From assembly GCA_951406725.2 (NCBI GenBank), contig OX597823.1:2914001-2978000 (forward strand): DNA of 64,000 nt, in the 5' to 3' direction. The notes below the pieces were generated by a model. It saw nothing but the letters and a program-made list of their open reading frames with translations, made no database searches and was not told where the DNA came from. This DNA comes from Octopus vulgaris. Its lineage: Eukaryota. This document shows positions 24,958 through 44,162 of the stretch, in pieces (within the stretch, counting starts at the first letter, position 1; each line of letters opens with the position of its first letter). A program made the translations under genes and the position numbers.

Positions 24958-26727
24958 GGTGGTGGTGGTGTTGGTGGTGGTTTGGTGGTAGTGATGTTCC
25001 ACAGGTTCTTTCCATTTATTGTCCTTTTAGGAAGGACACGTCAGATGCTGTTGTTGTTGTTGTTGTTGTTGTTGTAGTCGTTGTTAGTTATTCTTAATGA
25101 AAACAAAAGACGCGTACCTCAACCAAGTGATTTATCTCAAATACACACACACATACACACATACGGAATATCACACACACACACACACATACGGAATATA
25201 GCCACCGACATACTGCCATACTGCCATACTGCCGGAACATGCTAGTACAACATATAAAAGTAACATTATATTCCAGCTGGTGGTGACACGTTCAAAGTCA
25301 CTTAGAATAAAGACCTCAAAAATAAGCCAGAGAGTGAATAAAAAATATTTAATCTATAATCATTAGTTGCCGAAGAGCCATAGGCGAAACAAAATATATT
25401 TTGTTGAACTAACGATTATGTATTAAATGTTTATGAGGAATATTAATTGTGGAAATATAACATTTGGTGGAGTCCAAAGGCACAATAAAGATTACAAAAT
25501 CGCAAAAGATATTTCTTGTTCTTTTATTTGAAATACCAAACATTAAGAACTGGAAAATCCGGGTGAGTGGTGTAGTGTCGGGTTCGGGTGTGAAGTGGTG
25601 CTGTAACTGTAGAAATGGTGAAGACGATTCCAGTAACACAAAAAACAGCACCTCAGATATTCTTAACGCAAATCATGTATTATTCTAGCAGAGTTCAACC
25701 GTGGAAGATCATCAGAAACGATATTAACATTCACCATGAGATGTTTTCTTAATCAATAAATCCACACCCTTTGTTTTTATTATTTCTTATTTATTATTCT
25801 GTGTATTTATTTCTTTTGCCTTTCATATTTATTTTTAATTTCTCTTTCCTCTGTCAAACATTCTCCTCGCCATTGACATCTTTGCTCTCTTGCCTTTCTT
25901 TTTACCTTCCTCGAAATCTCTTCCTTTCTTTCTTTCTTTCTCCTTTTCTCTCCACCTCTCTCTCTCCCTCTCTCTCTTTCATTCTTTTTCTTTCTCTCAC
26001 CCCTCTATTTCTCTCTCTCCCTCTCTCACACTTACTATCTCATAAATATATATCCGTGTGTGTGTATATGTGTACATATATGTATGTATGATGTATACAC
26101 ACACACCCGTGTGTTTGTGTCTGTGTGCGTGTGTGTCTGTCTGTATGTGTGTGTGTGTGTGTCTGTATGTGTGTGTGTGTATGTGTGTGTGTGTGTGTGT
26201 GTGTGAATGCCTTTTTTCTTTGCTCTTCTCTTAAAGCTTAATAAACATACATCCTTCTACACTAACGGCAGATCTTCAGCCTTTCAGCCTCCATGCATGA
26301 CATATCTCACAAACAGCAGGACGTAAATTTCTGAATTTAAACTCATGGTTTATTCATGCTCTTCTCGCGTTCATCATTCTCCTTCGCACGCTCGCCATCT
26401 GCCACTACGAACAGCAGCGAAATCAACCGTTTATATATTGCAAACACATATCAGCACCAAAAAATAAATAAAAATAAAAACCCCAGATCAGATGTTGGCA
26501 GATTTGGATTGAAATAATCGGGATATTTAGTAAGGAAAGTTCTTTCCCTGTATTTGAACTCACGGACCCGGAAACACCAACTTGAAGTTGTGAATTAGCC
26601 ATTGGTTGTAAAGTAAAAATGTTTTCTGGATACGAGGCGTCAAGAAGATCAATGCTTAAAGTACTGCAGTACTAAGTTTTAATCACTCACACACACATTA
26701 GATATATACATACACACATATATATTA

Positions 26728-27985
<1,258 letters not shown>

Positions 27986-28244
27986 TGTGTGTGTGAGAGA
28001 GAGTGTGTGTGTGTGTATGTGTGTGTGTGAGTGTGTGTGTGTGTGTGTGTATGTATATGAATATAAACCATTAGATCAAATTAGATACACAACAAAAAGA
28101 GCTACTAAAAGTTTCATGCTATCATGATACTTGAACAAGCATATTTATAGAATATCTAATGCATCCTAAAGCCATCTTTTCAGGCTCTGTTTATGCATTA
28201 TATATATATATTTAAAAACAAGGACGCTGGACAGTAAGAAATAT

Positions 28245-28292
<48 letters not shown>

Positions 28293-28735
28293 GAAGAAGA
28301 TTAGGAAAGATTTCATCCACCAAATCATCGACGGAATCAGTTGAATTACATATTGGACTGAGTGTAAAAATTAGGCAATTGTATAATATCTTCCTTTGAA
28401 CCATTTAGTTCCATTTTGGTGAACAAACAAACGGACAAACAAACGGACAGAATCCCTCTTTTATAAATATAACTGTGTGTGTGAGAGAGAGAGAGAGAGT
28501 GTGTGTGTGTATGTGTGTGTGTGAGTGTGTGTGTGTGTGTGTGTATGTATATGAATATAAACCATTAGATCAAATTAGATTCACAACAAAAAGAGCTACT
28601 AAAAGTTTCATGCTATCATGATACTTGAACAAGCATATTTATAGAATATCTAATGCATCCTAAAGCCATCTTTCGGGCTCTGTTTATGCATTATATATAT
28701 ATTTAAAAACAAGGACGCTGGACAGTAAGAAATAT

Positions 28736-28821
<86 letters not shown>

Positions 28822-28825
<4 letters not shown>

Positions 28826-29200
28826 AACAAAAACGCAATAGAGGACATTAAAATATTCGGACAGATCGATGATACAAAGGCGGACAAGAGAAACCAAGAC
28901 GGATCATTCGTAGCTTTCTTTCCTCAGTTAAGTTTTAGAAGTCACGACCATTTCGGGCAGTTACACTTGAGATGGTTCGATCTGGTTGCCCCCCAAAAAG
29001 TCTAAGCTAAGAGCATTAGACCCCTTTGTAAGAAAGCTAGCGAATGTGTACAGCAATAACGACAAAAAAAAAGCAAGCAAAAAAAAACCGAGAACATGGT
29101 ACACAATTACAAATACAAACATCAATAAATAACAACAGGTGTCCTTCGATTGAGAACGAATCTAATTGAGCTGGCGTGTATGAAGTGAAAGCCTAAAGGC
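28822..29200 (-). mobile_element. Dispersed pLTR-like repeat (second copy 41574-41930)
   Basis: Both start ATGGAACAAAAACGCAATAGAGG next to TA repeats and share >300 bp. Strand assigned from hammerhead-like boxes. Confidence 0.6.
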
Positions 29201-29214
29201 AGGAACATAGGAAC

Positions 29215-29730
29215 TGTCCTGAAATAAACTTAGAAAATCCTCAAGGAATACTGGTGGAATATTCCCATCAAAATTACTGTCAAATGTAAACATAACAGGC
29301 CGAATATTGTTGTTTGGGACAGAGGGACAAAGGTATGTACCATCATAGAGGTCAGCTGCCCTGCAGATATAAATATCTCTTTGAAAATGAAAGAAAAATG
29401 AGGATATCTCTGAACAACTGCTTCGAAATCTCCAGCTTCTATATCCAGATTATGAATTCATATTCATACCAATAATACTTGGAGTACTAGGTTTTGTTAG
29501 TAAATGCTTAAAGGAGAATCTGGATAGACTGGGATTTTCAGAAAGAGAAATTGACTGGCCAATTCGTACATTACAAGTGCAATCTGTGAGTGGAACAGTA
29601 AAAAATGTGCAAGACTTTTCACAAGTTCCAAATGCGAATTTGTCCGTGTTAGCTACATCTCAAAGATGGAGCCTTGTATCTTTGTCGGAAACCGACACCC
29701 TCTTCATTGGAAGATTTATAATAATTAAAA
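29215..29730 (+). mobile_element. RLE-type non-LTR retrotransposon 3' relic
   Basis: KHNRPNIVVWDR..CTIIEVSCPADINIS..LLRNLQLLYPDY..IPIILGVLG. Confidence 0.8.
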
Positions 29731-29739
29731 AATGAGTGA

Positions 29740-30170
29740 ACAAATGAAAGAGGCACCCTACACATTCGGTAGGATTACATTTATCATAAATTCAAAACAG
29801 TTTAATTCAAGAAACTAATGATAAGAATTATTACACTAAGACATTCAAATGCAGCAAAAAAACCTCCGCTTAACCCACGACTAGAAAATTTTGATGAGGA
29901 CATATTCGAACTAATTTCTAGTGTCAACTTTAAGGAACACCCACTTAGGAGGAACCGGAGGAAAATATGAGACTTTATTAAGTCATTAAGGAATAAATCA
30001 GGATTACTTTGCCGGCGGATAAGTGGGGGAACTTATATAGATTAGACTACAGTACTTATAGATGGCTAATTCTCAAAGAAATTAACGCGAAGTACAAAGT
30101 AACAAATGGTACCGACTTCTTTAAGATTAACTTAGGAGCTAAAAAAATTAATATTTTCATTAATCAATTA
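29740..30170 (+). mobile_element. Penelope-like RT N-terminal relic
   Basis: PADKWGNLYRLD resembles the PLE ADKxxN motif. Confidence 0.5.
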
Positions 30171-30488
30171 AAGGAATCGCTAGAAACGGCCGTATTGGCA
30201 TGACATCTGTACCTCTACCGTTACTCATTTATATTTTATTTACCTGTCTCGGAATCTGCCCTTCGTAAATATTATGGACAGTATATTTAATAGAATGTAT
30301 AATGTCTGAATAGTTGAAGAGCGGATTTCTTCAATCAGTTGGGTCTAATTGTCTACATATACTGCAAGAATGTCATTCGGCCGGTTCTTATGTTCCAACT
30401 TTAATATTTACATAATATCGTTGTATGTGTATATTTTTCCGACCTAATGGGGTGCCTCAATTTGATCACCTAATTTAACTAAATCTTA

Positions 30489-30601
<113 letters not shown>

Positions 30602-30602
30602 G

Positions 30603-30684
<82 letters not shown>

Positions 30685-31563
30685 TGTTTCTTTATTAGCC
30701 ACACAGGGCTGCACACAGATAGAACAAATTACAAGGTAGAGCTTTTCTTTTGAAGGTTTAAAAAAAAAAAAAAAAAGGGGGAGTTTCGATCAAAAGGAAT
30801 CGTAAAAGGAGAGAAAGAGGACAAAAAAAAGGGGGTTAAAAAAAAGGGCGAGAGGAATAAAAATTGATCAATAGGGATCGTTATCACAGAAATGTCAATA
30901 TGAAGTGTAAAGGGGAGGACAGGTGAGGTTTACCCGTGGAAAGAAAAGCCTACGGAAAAGACCACGGTAACCTCGGTCAATGAAGTCACATTTTATATTT
31001 CTTTTTTTTTTTTTTTTGCAAATAAGCAACTCTCTGTTTTCGATTTCTGGGTTCATAGGACTATGCTCAAGGTGGCTTCGTCATTCATACGTGCCATTCT
31101 TGCTACATTCACCCATCTTTTTTTAAAACATTCGCTAGACAAAACTTGCCTCTCTACTCTCACTTTCCTTTTCAAGTGGTACTTGAAGAAGTTGATGAGA
31201 GATTGACCAGAGAGGAAAGTGTTTGTCTCCAATCCTTTCAGACGCGTCCACCAGATACATTCTTTCGCCATAGCCACAAAGATGATGAAAATAGCTCTTC
31301 CTTCCCGTTTGAAGGAAGGAGACGTGACAATATTGACGATAGACTCAGCTGATAAACCGACTCGTCCCACACGTGACAGCAGTTGTTCGACATAAGCCCA
31401 CAGGTCGGAAATTGTTGGACACTGAACGAGTGCGTGCAGAACGGTTTCGTCGCTCTGACCGCATCTCGGGCAGGTCGGCCCCGTGTTTCTCGAGCCGTGT
31501 CTGTAGAGCTTATCCCGAACGGGTAGCGCTTCTCGGTAGCACTGCCAGGCCAGGGATCTCTGG

Positions 31564-31566
<3 letters not shown>
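30685..31566 (-). mobile_element. Tx1/L1-clade LINE, 5'-truncated, inside (GATA)n
   Basis: LAWQCYREALPV..CPRCGQSDETVLHALVQCP (zf-RVT) C-terminus; 3' UTR ending AATAAAGAAACA; (GATA)n on both flanks. Confidence 0.9.
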
Positions 31567-31642
<76 letters not shown>

Positions 31643-31691
31643 GTAGGTAGGTAGATAGATAGATAGATATATAGATAGATAGATAGATAGG

Positions 31692-31786
<95 letters not shown>

Positions 31787-31787
31787 G

Positions 31788-31859
<72 letters not shown>

Positions 31860-31873
31860 CATATATATAGATG

Positions 31874-31940
<67 letters not shown>

Positions 31941-32423
31941 ATAATGTATGTATGTATATATGTGTATGTATGTATGTATGTATTATATAACAAGTTACAT
32001 TATAAGTGACTCGACCTCGCGATCAGTTAGAGATAATTTCTATGGAATTGTTTATATTTCAGAGTCGCTCTCTTTGGAACCCAGTCCATTTTCCCAGACA
32101 CATCAAATTCGCCATCGTTTTTGTCCAAAAGATCTTAGGTTCAAAGCGATGAAATGAAAGCAACTTGTTCCCGATTTAAACTACATTATTTTTCGATGAT
32201 ATCCAATTATTGGTTTCGGACTGATTATTGCTTTTATGTTTTCGCTCTCTCTTCCTTTTGTTCTTTTTCTTTCATTATTTTTTTCTTTCTTTCTTTCTTT
32301 CTTTCAGTCATTTATTTCAGTTAAAAGTAACGAAAACAATATTGCCAAAAAGAGATTTAGAGGGTGGCTGCTTATTTGCCGTGTTATTGCTGCTGCTGCT
32401 GCTGCTGCTGCTGTTGTTGTTGC

Positions 32424-32473
<50 letters not shown>

Positions 32474-33000
32474 TATTTTTCCGTCTTTTCATTTTATTTG
32501 CTAAACGATAAGAGATAAAAGAGCCTCTCCGAAATACCGTTTCGACAGCAAATAAACACGAGTCGAAGATGGAGCGGATGAAGAAAATCGATAGAAAGAA
32601 GAATGGTCGTATGACTTGTTTACCAAAATGTGAGGAAATTTCCGATGTGACGGGGTGGATGGGGTGGGCTGAGGGTATGAGGTCAAGTATAGATATACAC
32701 TGGAACAAACTTGCTTATCTTGATTAATGAGTTGTTTTCAATGAGATCTTAGATCATGAAAAACAACCAAGGAAAAAAATCAATCCAAAATCTAAAATTT
32801 AATTCGAGCTTTGTTCATTAATAATAATAATCCTTTTTGCTAAAGGCACAAAGCCTGGAATTTGCGGGGAGGAGACTAGCTGATTACATCTACCCCAATG
32901 TTCAACTGGTTAGGGTTAGGGTTTTAAATACCAGGAGTTGTGCATATTTTCAGGGACCACTATATATATCTTATCGACCCCAAAAGGATGAAAGGATATG

Positions 33001-33081
<81 letters not shown>

Positions 33082-33083
<2 letters not shown>

Positions 33084-33360
33084 GCTGTTCAAAACCAAAG
33101 CTTATTGACTCGGAACTACCAATCCAATGTGATGAGAAATGGTGTAGACCCAAAGTGCCGGATACAGCAACGATGAGATTGAAACAGCGGACCACCTAAT
33201 CTCTGGATGCAAAGTTTCAGCACCTATAGAGTATAAATCAAGACATGACAGAGTTGGTCAATATCTAGACTGGTTAACATGTCGGCAATATAAAATCAAA
33301 ACTGCTGACAAATGGTATAAGCACTACCCGTAACTGAGGGATAAAATGTGACGATTCTTC
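33082..33360 (+). mobile_element. R4/Dong-like fragment starting in (CAT)n
   Basis: LAVQNQSLLTRNY..HLISGC..RHDRVGQY. Confidence 0.75.
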
Positions 33361-33364
33361 AGAT

Positions 33365-36110
<2,746 letters not shown>

Positions 36111-36128
36111 ATAATAATAATAATAATA

Positions 36129-36200
<72 letters not shown>

Positions 36201-36664
36201 GAGTGAGAGAGCAGTTCATGCCATTAAAGTGACACTGGGGTAAAATTTACGAAGCCCAATATACCCATCATGACTACCCGTCTGATAAGGGTACACCAGG
36301 CACATACATCACAACCATATGTGCGCGACATGGTGATCTCATATCAAGATAAACAGCACATGACCTTGCAGGTGGGGCCCAGTTAGAATTTTCTTCAGGT
36401 TGAGTAGCCCATCCCGCTCAAAAGGTTCCTGAATAAGGGTTGTTTAAGGATGTTGAAAGAACCACCCATCTTTCCAGAGGTGAATTATTCAAACCCCAAA
36501 GAATCCCTCTCAACACATGGCTATGATGCTCCCCCACTACTTCTGCTCGTGATCAGAGATGCACATATCGTCAGCCACTAGGGGACATGCTCAACTGGTT
36601 ACGGTCAAACAACTGACAAGCAAGTCTGTGGTATTGAGCAGAATATTTGCTGTAGCCCATCTTT
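36201..36664. repeat. Unclassified insertion embedded in (TTA)n
   Basis: Complex 460-bp sequence with TTA repeats on both sides; no recognisable ORF. Confidence 0.45.
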
Positions 36665-36697
36665 ATTATTATCATTATTATTATTACTATTATTATT

Positions 36698-37167
36698 AAG
36701 GCGGCGAGCAGGCAGAAACGTTAGCACGCCGGGCGAAATGCTTAGCAGTATTTCGCCCGTCGCTACGTTCTGAGTTCAAATTCCGCCGAGGTCGACTTTG
36801 CCTTTCATCCTTTTGGGGTCAATAAATTAAGTAGCAGTCAAGTTTTGGGGTCGATGTGATCAACTGTTCCCCTCCCCAGAAAATCCAGGCTTTGTGCCTC
36901 TCGTAGGGAGGATTATTATTATTATTATTATTAAGGCGGCGAGTTGGTAGAATCATCAGCGCGCGTGACCTTAATAATATGCTTGATAAATATGACCTTA
37001 AAGTAATGTAAGAAACCGTCACTACGTTCTAAGGTCAAATTCCGCCGAGGTCGACTTTGCTTTCATCTTTTCGGAGTCGATAAAATAAGTACCAGTTGAA
37101 CACTGGGGTCGATGTAATCGACTCATCCCCTCCACTGAAACTGCTGCCCTTGTGGAAACATTGAAAC

Positions 37168-37239
<72 letters not shown>

Positions 37240-37645
37240 GGCGGTGAGCTGACAGAAACGTTAGCACGCCGGGTGAAATGCTTAGCGGTATTTCGGCTGC
37301 CGCTACGTTCTGAGTTCAAATTCTGCCGAGGTCGACTTTGCCTTTCATCCTTTCGGGGTCGATAAATTAAGTACTAGTTACGCACTGGAGTCGATATAAT
37401 CAACTTAATCAGTTTGTCTGTCCTTGTTTGTCCTCTCTGTGTTTAGCCCCTTGTGAGTAGTAAAGAAATAGGTATTTCGTCTGCCGCTACGTTCTGAGTT
37501 CAAATTCCGCCGAGATCGATTTTTGCCTTTCATCCTTTCGGGATTGATAAATTGAATACCAGTTGCGTACTGGGGTCGATGTTATCGACTATCCCCCTCC
37601 CCTCAAATTACACGTCTTGTGCCGATAGTAGAAAGGATTATTAAT
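36698..37645 (+). mobile_element. Cluster of SINE family B copies separated by (TTA)n
   Basis: Heads AAGGCGG(C/T)GAG follow TTATTATT three times; the last copy is a dimer. Confidence 0.9.
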
Positions 37646-37741
37646 ATTATTCCTAGCCTTCAGAAAAAGCAAGGTAAATATAAGCGTATCTCTGAGACCA
37701 GAAAATGGAAAGGAGGGGAATTTAACCCCTACTAAAGGAAA

Positions 37742-37833
<92 letters not shown>

Positions 37834-38454
37834 TATTAGTCTTATTACACTTATTTTTGTCGCTGTTTTTGGTGTTGGTGTTGCTGGTTGCCAACGCGCA
37901 GCCTGGACGCTTGGCCAACCGTGTGCAGCAGGAAACATCAAACTCTGCTGCTATAAAACGGTGTCGACGGAAACCACTTATACATTCCCAGAAAGCCTCA
38001 AAGAGACAAATCTCTGAAATATATAGATATTGGCCAACCATACGGACCGAACAGGAGATGAAATGAAGCCAAGTCACGTGATATCCCGTCGTTTGGTTAA
38101 TATTTATTTACCAGAATATTCTGCAGATTTCCAAAACGATATTTTCGAAATGACTTATGCCCAAATATAAAAGAGTTCCAGGAGAGAAAAGGCAAGACTA
38201 AAGGTTCTATTTATACAGAGTTATACGCAACGAAATGTTTGTATATTGAAAATTACTGATAGAAGGGAAAAAATTTAATTTACTGCCGAGGTGTGTATGG
38301 AAAAACTATATTTAGAAAAGGTATATATAGCAAGGAGAAAGAGATAAGCAGCTGTTGTGATGTCCACACCCTGTTTATTAAATGCTTTCCATTCGGTGAC
38401 CCACGTCGTGTTTCAAAGTTTTCGCACGAATGTATCTTCGCTTTAATAATTCTT

Positions 38455-38860
38455 CAAAATATTGGCACAGGGCCAGCAATTTTGAGAAGATGGCGGCAAG
38501 TCGGATATATCGCCCCTCCCCTCCTCCACTTGTACTTACGGGTACTTATTTTGTTGATCCCGAAAAGATGAAGGGCCAAAGCGACATGGGCGCCATTTGA
38601 GCACAGAACGTAAAGAACAGAAAGAAATATCATTAAGCATTGAGTCCGTCGCTCACTCCATCCTTTCTTAATGTTTTCCACTTTAGGCACAAGGCCTGGA
38701 ATTCTGTGGCACGAGACAAGTCTATTATATCGATTCCAATCGACCCCGAAAGGATGAAAGGCAAAGTCGACCTCGACGGAATTTGAACTCAGAAAGTAAA
38801 GACGAGCAAAATGCCGCTAAGCATTTTCTCCCGCGTGCTAACGATTCTGCCAGCTCGCCA
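38455..38860 (-). mobile_element. SINE family B copies (two)
   Basis: Reverse core GAAAGGCAAAGTCGACCTCG..GAATTTGAACTCAG. Confidence 0.75.
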
Positions 38861-39299
38861 TTTTGTCCATGTTTTAATAAAAAAAAATGTTTGTTGGCAG
38901 ATACAGGTGGAAGTTGTTCACAGGTGAAGGTTTGCCGCCAGGTACGACAAGCGCTCCACCTAGTGAGTAATGTCTTGAAAGTTTGTCATATTTGCTTGCA
39001 GACCCGCTCGCGGCTATGGATCTCCCCCGATGTTACTTACAGAGATTGAATTGGAAGCTAATAATTCACATTTCGTAGTTTTTCCTGCCCCATTTCATTG
39101 GAGGATAGGCAAAGAAACACGCACACACACCAGTGAGAGAAAATGAGTATAAGCAGAGCCCCAGAGACTGTCGCAGAAAGTGAAAAGGTTTCTGCTTTTT
39201 AGTCTCCCGGATTCTGCAGGGGATATGGATTTATCTACCCTTGTTAAAGTAATCTATAGTCTTGACTCAGAAGGGAAGCAAGGACGACCTTTATATATA

Positions 39300-39810
39300 A
39301 CAAGGGTGGCTTGTTATCAATTTTTGAACCGAAAGGCAAAAGTATAGGCACTAAAAGTATAGGCATTAAAGCAAATGAGGGCGCTATTCGGCACCATTAT
39401 TGCTAGAAAGTACAAAACTCTAATCCCCTTCATCGTAAGATCTTCTGACTTCAATGAATCTGCTGAAGCATTCAAACCTCTTTGTGAAGGTTCCATTGAG
39501 GTCCTCCGAAAAGAAGGTGTCCAGGACCCTTGTCACACCCTCCTTCGTCTTCTCAATGTCTTCAAAACGACTGCCCTTGAGGTTCTCCTTCAGCTTCAGA
39601 AACAACCAAAAGTCAAAGGGATCGAGGTCTATAATGTAGGGGGGGAGGGTGATGGACAAATTTGATGTCCATCTCTTTCAGATAATTGGTTTCCAGGATG
39701 GAATTGTGAACTGGTGCACTATCCTCGTACAGGTGCCACCAACACGAGTGGGAAAGACCCGGCCTTTTGTGATGAAATCTATTCCTGAACTCCCTCGGGT
39801 TAGCCTTCAT
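39300..39810 (-). mobile_element. Mariner transposase 3' relic
   Basis: WHLYEDSAPVH, PPY..DLDPFDFWLFLKLKENLKGSRF (YSPDLAP-D region). Confidence 0.85.
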
Positions 39811-41958
39811 TTATATCTAAATTTTCAACAACTTTAACTTGACATCACCCCATTTGTAACAACATCTCTAAATCTATCGATATTTATTTCGGATCTAGTT
39901 TCTTTTTTTTCATTCGCAAAATATGAATTTTTGAAAAACCAGTAAAAAATCAGAAAATCGGTTAGAATAATAAAGTTTTCCAGTCTAATTGCTATGAAGG
40001 TATGATGTTGTGGAGAAAAAAAAATTGGAGGAAAAAGTTAGAGGTTTAAAAATGGAAAAAATGTGTATTTTTAGCCAATAGCGAGACAGAATTTTTTCTG
40101 CGTTTAGCGGAGAGGTGTCAAGTTTAAGGTGAACTTTATAGTTTAGCGCCTGACCTGTTCATTGTAGGTTTCTAAATAAACAGAAATACCCAATAAAATC
40201 AACAGGTATCATCTTACTGTTTCTTTTGTCTCTTCATTGATTGTTTGTTTTAATTATTTTTTAATTTGTTTTATTAATGTATTTGTCTGCATGTGTTTAC
40301 TTTATGCGTATTTCAGTATCATGTATACCTGTCATGTATTTGTGTACATCGTTAATATATAAGTGCGTGCGCGCGTGTGTGTTTATGTATATGAAAATAG
40401 GGCGTCTGTCTCCAAAACATCAAAGTTGAAGTTTGGGAGACAGACGTGTTTTCGTGTTTGGATTTGTAAATTATAATAAGAATAACACTGGTCAACAAAG
40501 AATTTGTCCCAAGAAAAAGAATACCCGTATCTTATATGTTTTTGCATGCAGAATTCAAAGATAATGTCAAATTATCTGTACTAAGTTCACATATTCCATT
40601 CACCTTCATAATGCCAAGAAACTGTATAAACATCGCAAACAACTTTTGTTATACACGAAAAGACAATTGAGGAAAAATGTCTCTGATAAAATTCTAATTG
40701 ATAAATATAATTTTTAAAAATTAAAACAAAACACGCGGGTGAAGTAAATCTCGTGGCGTGAAGAATCAACACATGCGGGTGGAACACAACACAATGTGCA
40801 GTTGTCATGGTAACGAGCTGTTAATGCCTCGCTGTCTGTTGATTGGCTAAAATTACCCAAATTTCCCAACTTTGATTCGAAATATCATCAAATTCTTTAA
40901 TTTACGAGATCAAGTAATTGGTTGATCGTAATCAAAATACAGAGTTGCGTTGATACACCAAAATTAAAAGCAATCTGAGCAAAATTAAAGGAGGCTCATT
41001 TTGTGACTGAGAAAGACTAGATCCTTTATTTCCAGATGAATAAAATAGTATCCTTTCATTCTCAAACATTACTTCCCCACTATGCCAGATTAAAAACTGA
41101 AAATTACTGTCTTAGACTGACTTATGTCCATGAAAAGCTCATATCAAATTGTAACACAATAACAGAAGAATGTCTAACCTATGTACAATACTAATATGGT
41201 AATGGGCGCTGACCCATGTTTGAGACTGTCTCGCTTCCAAATTTGGAAATATGATACACCTACTTCTACTGACTCCTGTACCTCTCCCTTACTTGCTCCC
41301 ACTCCTTTGTAACCTGTCTTCCCCTGTTTTCTATTTTAATTGAACATCCCCCTCCTCCCCCAGCTTTCCCGCACAATAGCCATTCCTCAAGTGTTATATC
41401 TAGAAATGGCTCCAACGAAAGTAGCATTAATTTTCTGAGGTCGTCCAATTTGCCTCAGTTGATCAGTGGACCAATTGAGTAAACCTGTCAGTAATGTACC
41501 TATAATGACTACTGGAAACAGCTGTAAGACAAATCTGCTCAAACAAAGGGATTTATATGTAATGACAATATATATGGAACAAAAACGCAATAGAGGGCAT
41601 TAAAACGTTCAGACAGTTAGATGACACAAAGGTGGACAAGAGAAACAACAATTAGAAGGAGAGGCAAAAAAGACGGGTCACTCTTGACTTTATTTCATCA
41701 GTCAAGTTCCAGAAGTCACGACTGTTTCAGGCAGTTACACTTGAGATGGTTCAATCTGGTTGCCCCCAATAAAGTCTAAGCTAAGAGCATTAGACCCCTT
41801 TGTAAGAAAGCTGGAGAATGTGTACAGCCACAAAGACAAAAAAAAAAAAAAAAGGAGAACATGGTACATAATTACGAATACATCAAGAAATAACAACAGG
41901 CATCTTTCGACTGAGAACGATTAAAATTACATATACATACATACATACATACATACAT

Positions 41959-42043
<85 letters not shown>

Positions 42044-42603
42044 GGGACAAGAACACGAAACATCCGGACAGCTAGGTGATACAAAAAGGGACAACAAAAC
42101 ATCCAGATAGACGATACAAAGAAAACAAGGACGGGTCATTCGAAGCTCTCTATCCTCAGTCAAGCACCAGATTATCCTTGCAATTTCGATATGCGACGGA
42201 CTTCTTCAGTTTCCGTCTACCAAATCCGCTCACAAGACTTTGGTCGGCCCGAGGCTATAGTAGAAGACACTTGCCCAAGGTACCATGCGGAGGGACAGAA
42301 CCCGGAACCATGTGGTTGGAAAGCAAACTTCTTACCACATAGCAATGTCTGCGATTAGAAAAGTTTTGTATCGCTACCCAAGTCCTAATGACTCCCTAAA
42401 ATCTTTGAGCCTGTCCAGAGCAGTGACCTCGTCTTGGGTTCGGAAAGAAAAGCTATGGAACTGGTGATTCAGGACAGAAAGTACATAACATAGTTTGATT
42501 CCTATTTAGAAAGAAATGGTGAATGCCAGTATCTATTTTATTGTTCCTACCCCCGTCCCTATACATATACACCTTTTTTTTTATCACAGAAATGAAATTT
42601 TCT

Positions 42604-42616
42604 TGACCTTTGACCC
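42604..42616 (-). promoter_or_regulatory. DR1 nuclear-receptor motif (GGGTCAAAGGTCA)
   Basis: Consensus match in unique sequence; additional AAAGGTCA half-site at ~42653-42660. Confidence 0.35.
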
Positions 42617-42757
42617 GCAGACATTTCAGAAACCAATTCTGTCTGCATCTGAAAAGGTCAAATCATGTGTGTGTGAGCTATGTCATTGAATCGATAAATG
42701 TTTGAGACAGATGGTTCTACGAGTGAGAATGTAATGAAAGCGGTGATAACGAGAAAA

Positions 42758-42788
<31 letters not shown>

Positions 42789-42912
42789 GAGAGAGAGTGG
42801 GGAAGAGAGAGAGAGAGGGAAAGAGAGACGGGGGCGGTGGAGGGGTGGAAGTAAGTTATCACTATCCAAAAATAAACAACAAAAAACCACATCGATGTTG
42901 TTAGAATTATTA

Positions 42913-42991
<79 letters not shown>

Positions 42992-43246
42992 TAGGTTGGT
43001 GGAGATTGTGCTGTGAAAAGAAAAGAAGAAAAGAAAGAAATATGATTGGTCAGTTTGTTGGCAGACAACACTTGAGCAGCAATTACAACCAATTACGTAT
43101 AGGAAAGACAATATAGGTAGGTGTGAGTACATATTTCTGTATATGTATATATATATATATGATTGAATATATGTATGTGTAAATGTGTGCATCTGTTTTA
43201 AGTATATATCCACGTGCGTATGTATATGTATGTACACATGTATGTA

Positions 43247-43288
<42 letters not shown>

Positions 43289-43708
43289 CATACATACACA
43301 TACATACATACACATACATACATATACATATTTGCAGATGTCTTTGTGTATATATGTATGTATGTATGTATATATGTATATTGTGTATGTATGTATTTAG
43401 AAATATGCATGTATACAGGAATATGTGTTAGTGTGGGAGTGTGATTTGAGTGCGTGTGTGTGTGTGTGTGTGCATATGTGTGAACATGTGTGTGTATGTG
43501 CGCACGTACCTGCGTCTATAAATAATATTAAGCGACGAATTATCGTATTTATTACGAGTTCTGGGACCTCTGGGTTCAAATCCGACCAAATCCAAGTTCG
43601 TCGTTCATCTTCCGGGATCGATAAATAAAGTACAGACCAGTTGTGGTGGATTGATATCATTTATTGGAATAGCTTCTGGTAGTTCTTACAGTTTTATATT
43701 TTTGCTTG

Positions 43709-43768
<60 letters not shown>

Positions 43769-44162
43769 CTGAGTCCAAATCCCTCTGTGCTCTGGACTTG
43801 GCCGTCGATGGTGTTCCCTGTCGTGAGGTTGTGCTTTGTGTGCCTGATGTTGGGGGAGAATGAAAATGTCTTTCTGGAAGTAATTACCAACACAAACAAA
43901 CAACAGAAGCTTTATTTACTTTATTTACTGCACATGGTTTTTTTTTCTTTTTCTGTGTTGGTCTTTTGATGAAAACTTACAGCGACAATTACCCACCGAG
44001 AGAGAGAGAGAGAGAGAGAGACATGCATACTGGGATCTAGGACAATTGAAGTGGTTTACAGCAATCTGTGACTGGCCCCTTCCCCACTGCAACGTAATTG
44101 CGCCATTTTCACGACGACAGAATCTCTTGTCTTCTAATGGAGACGTTGATCGGCTGCCTCAC

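Noticed and set aside
31053-31862. 269-aa ORF with YLSI-repeat N-terminus
   Set aside because: Chance in-frame read-through of (TATC)n into a truncated Tx1.
37845-38013. Possible minus-strand exon after ATTTCAG
   Set aside because: No good donor, and splicing from the 44163 exon gives an immediate stop.
43768-43873. Possible minus-strand exon after TTCCAG
   Set aside because: Runs into (CA)n without a donor; stop codon in the required phase.
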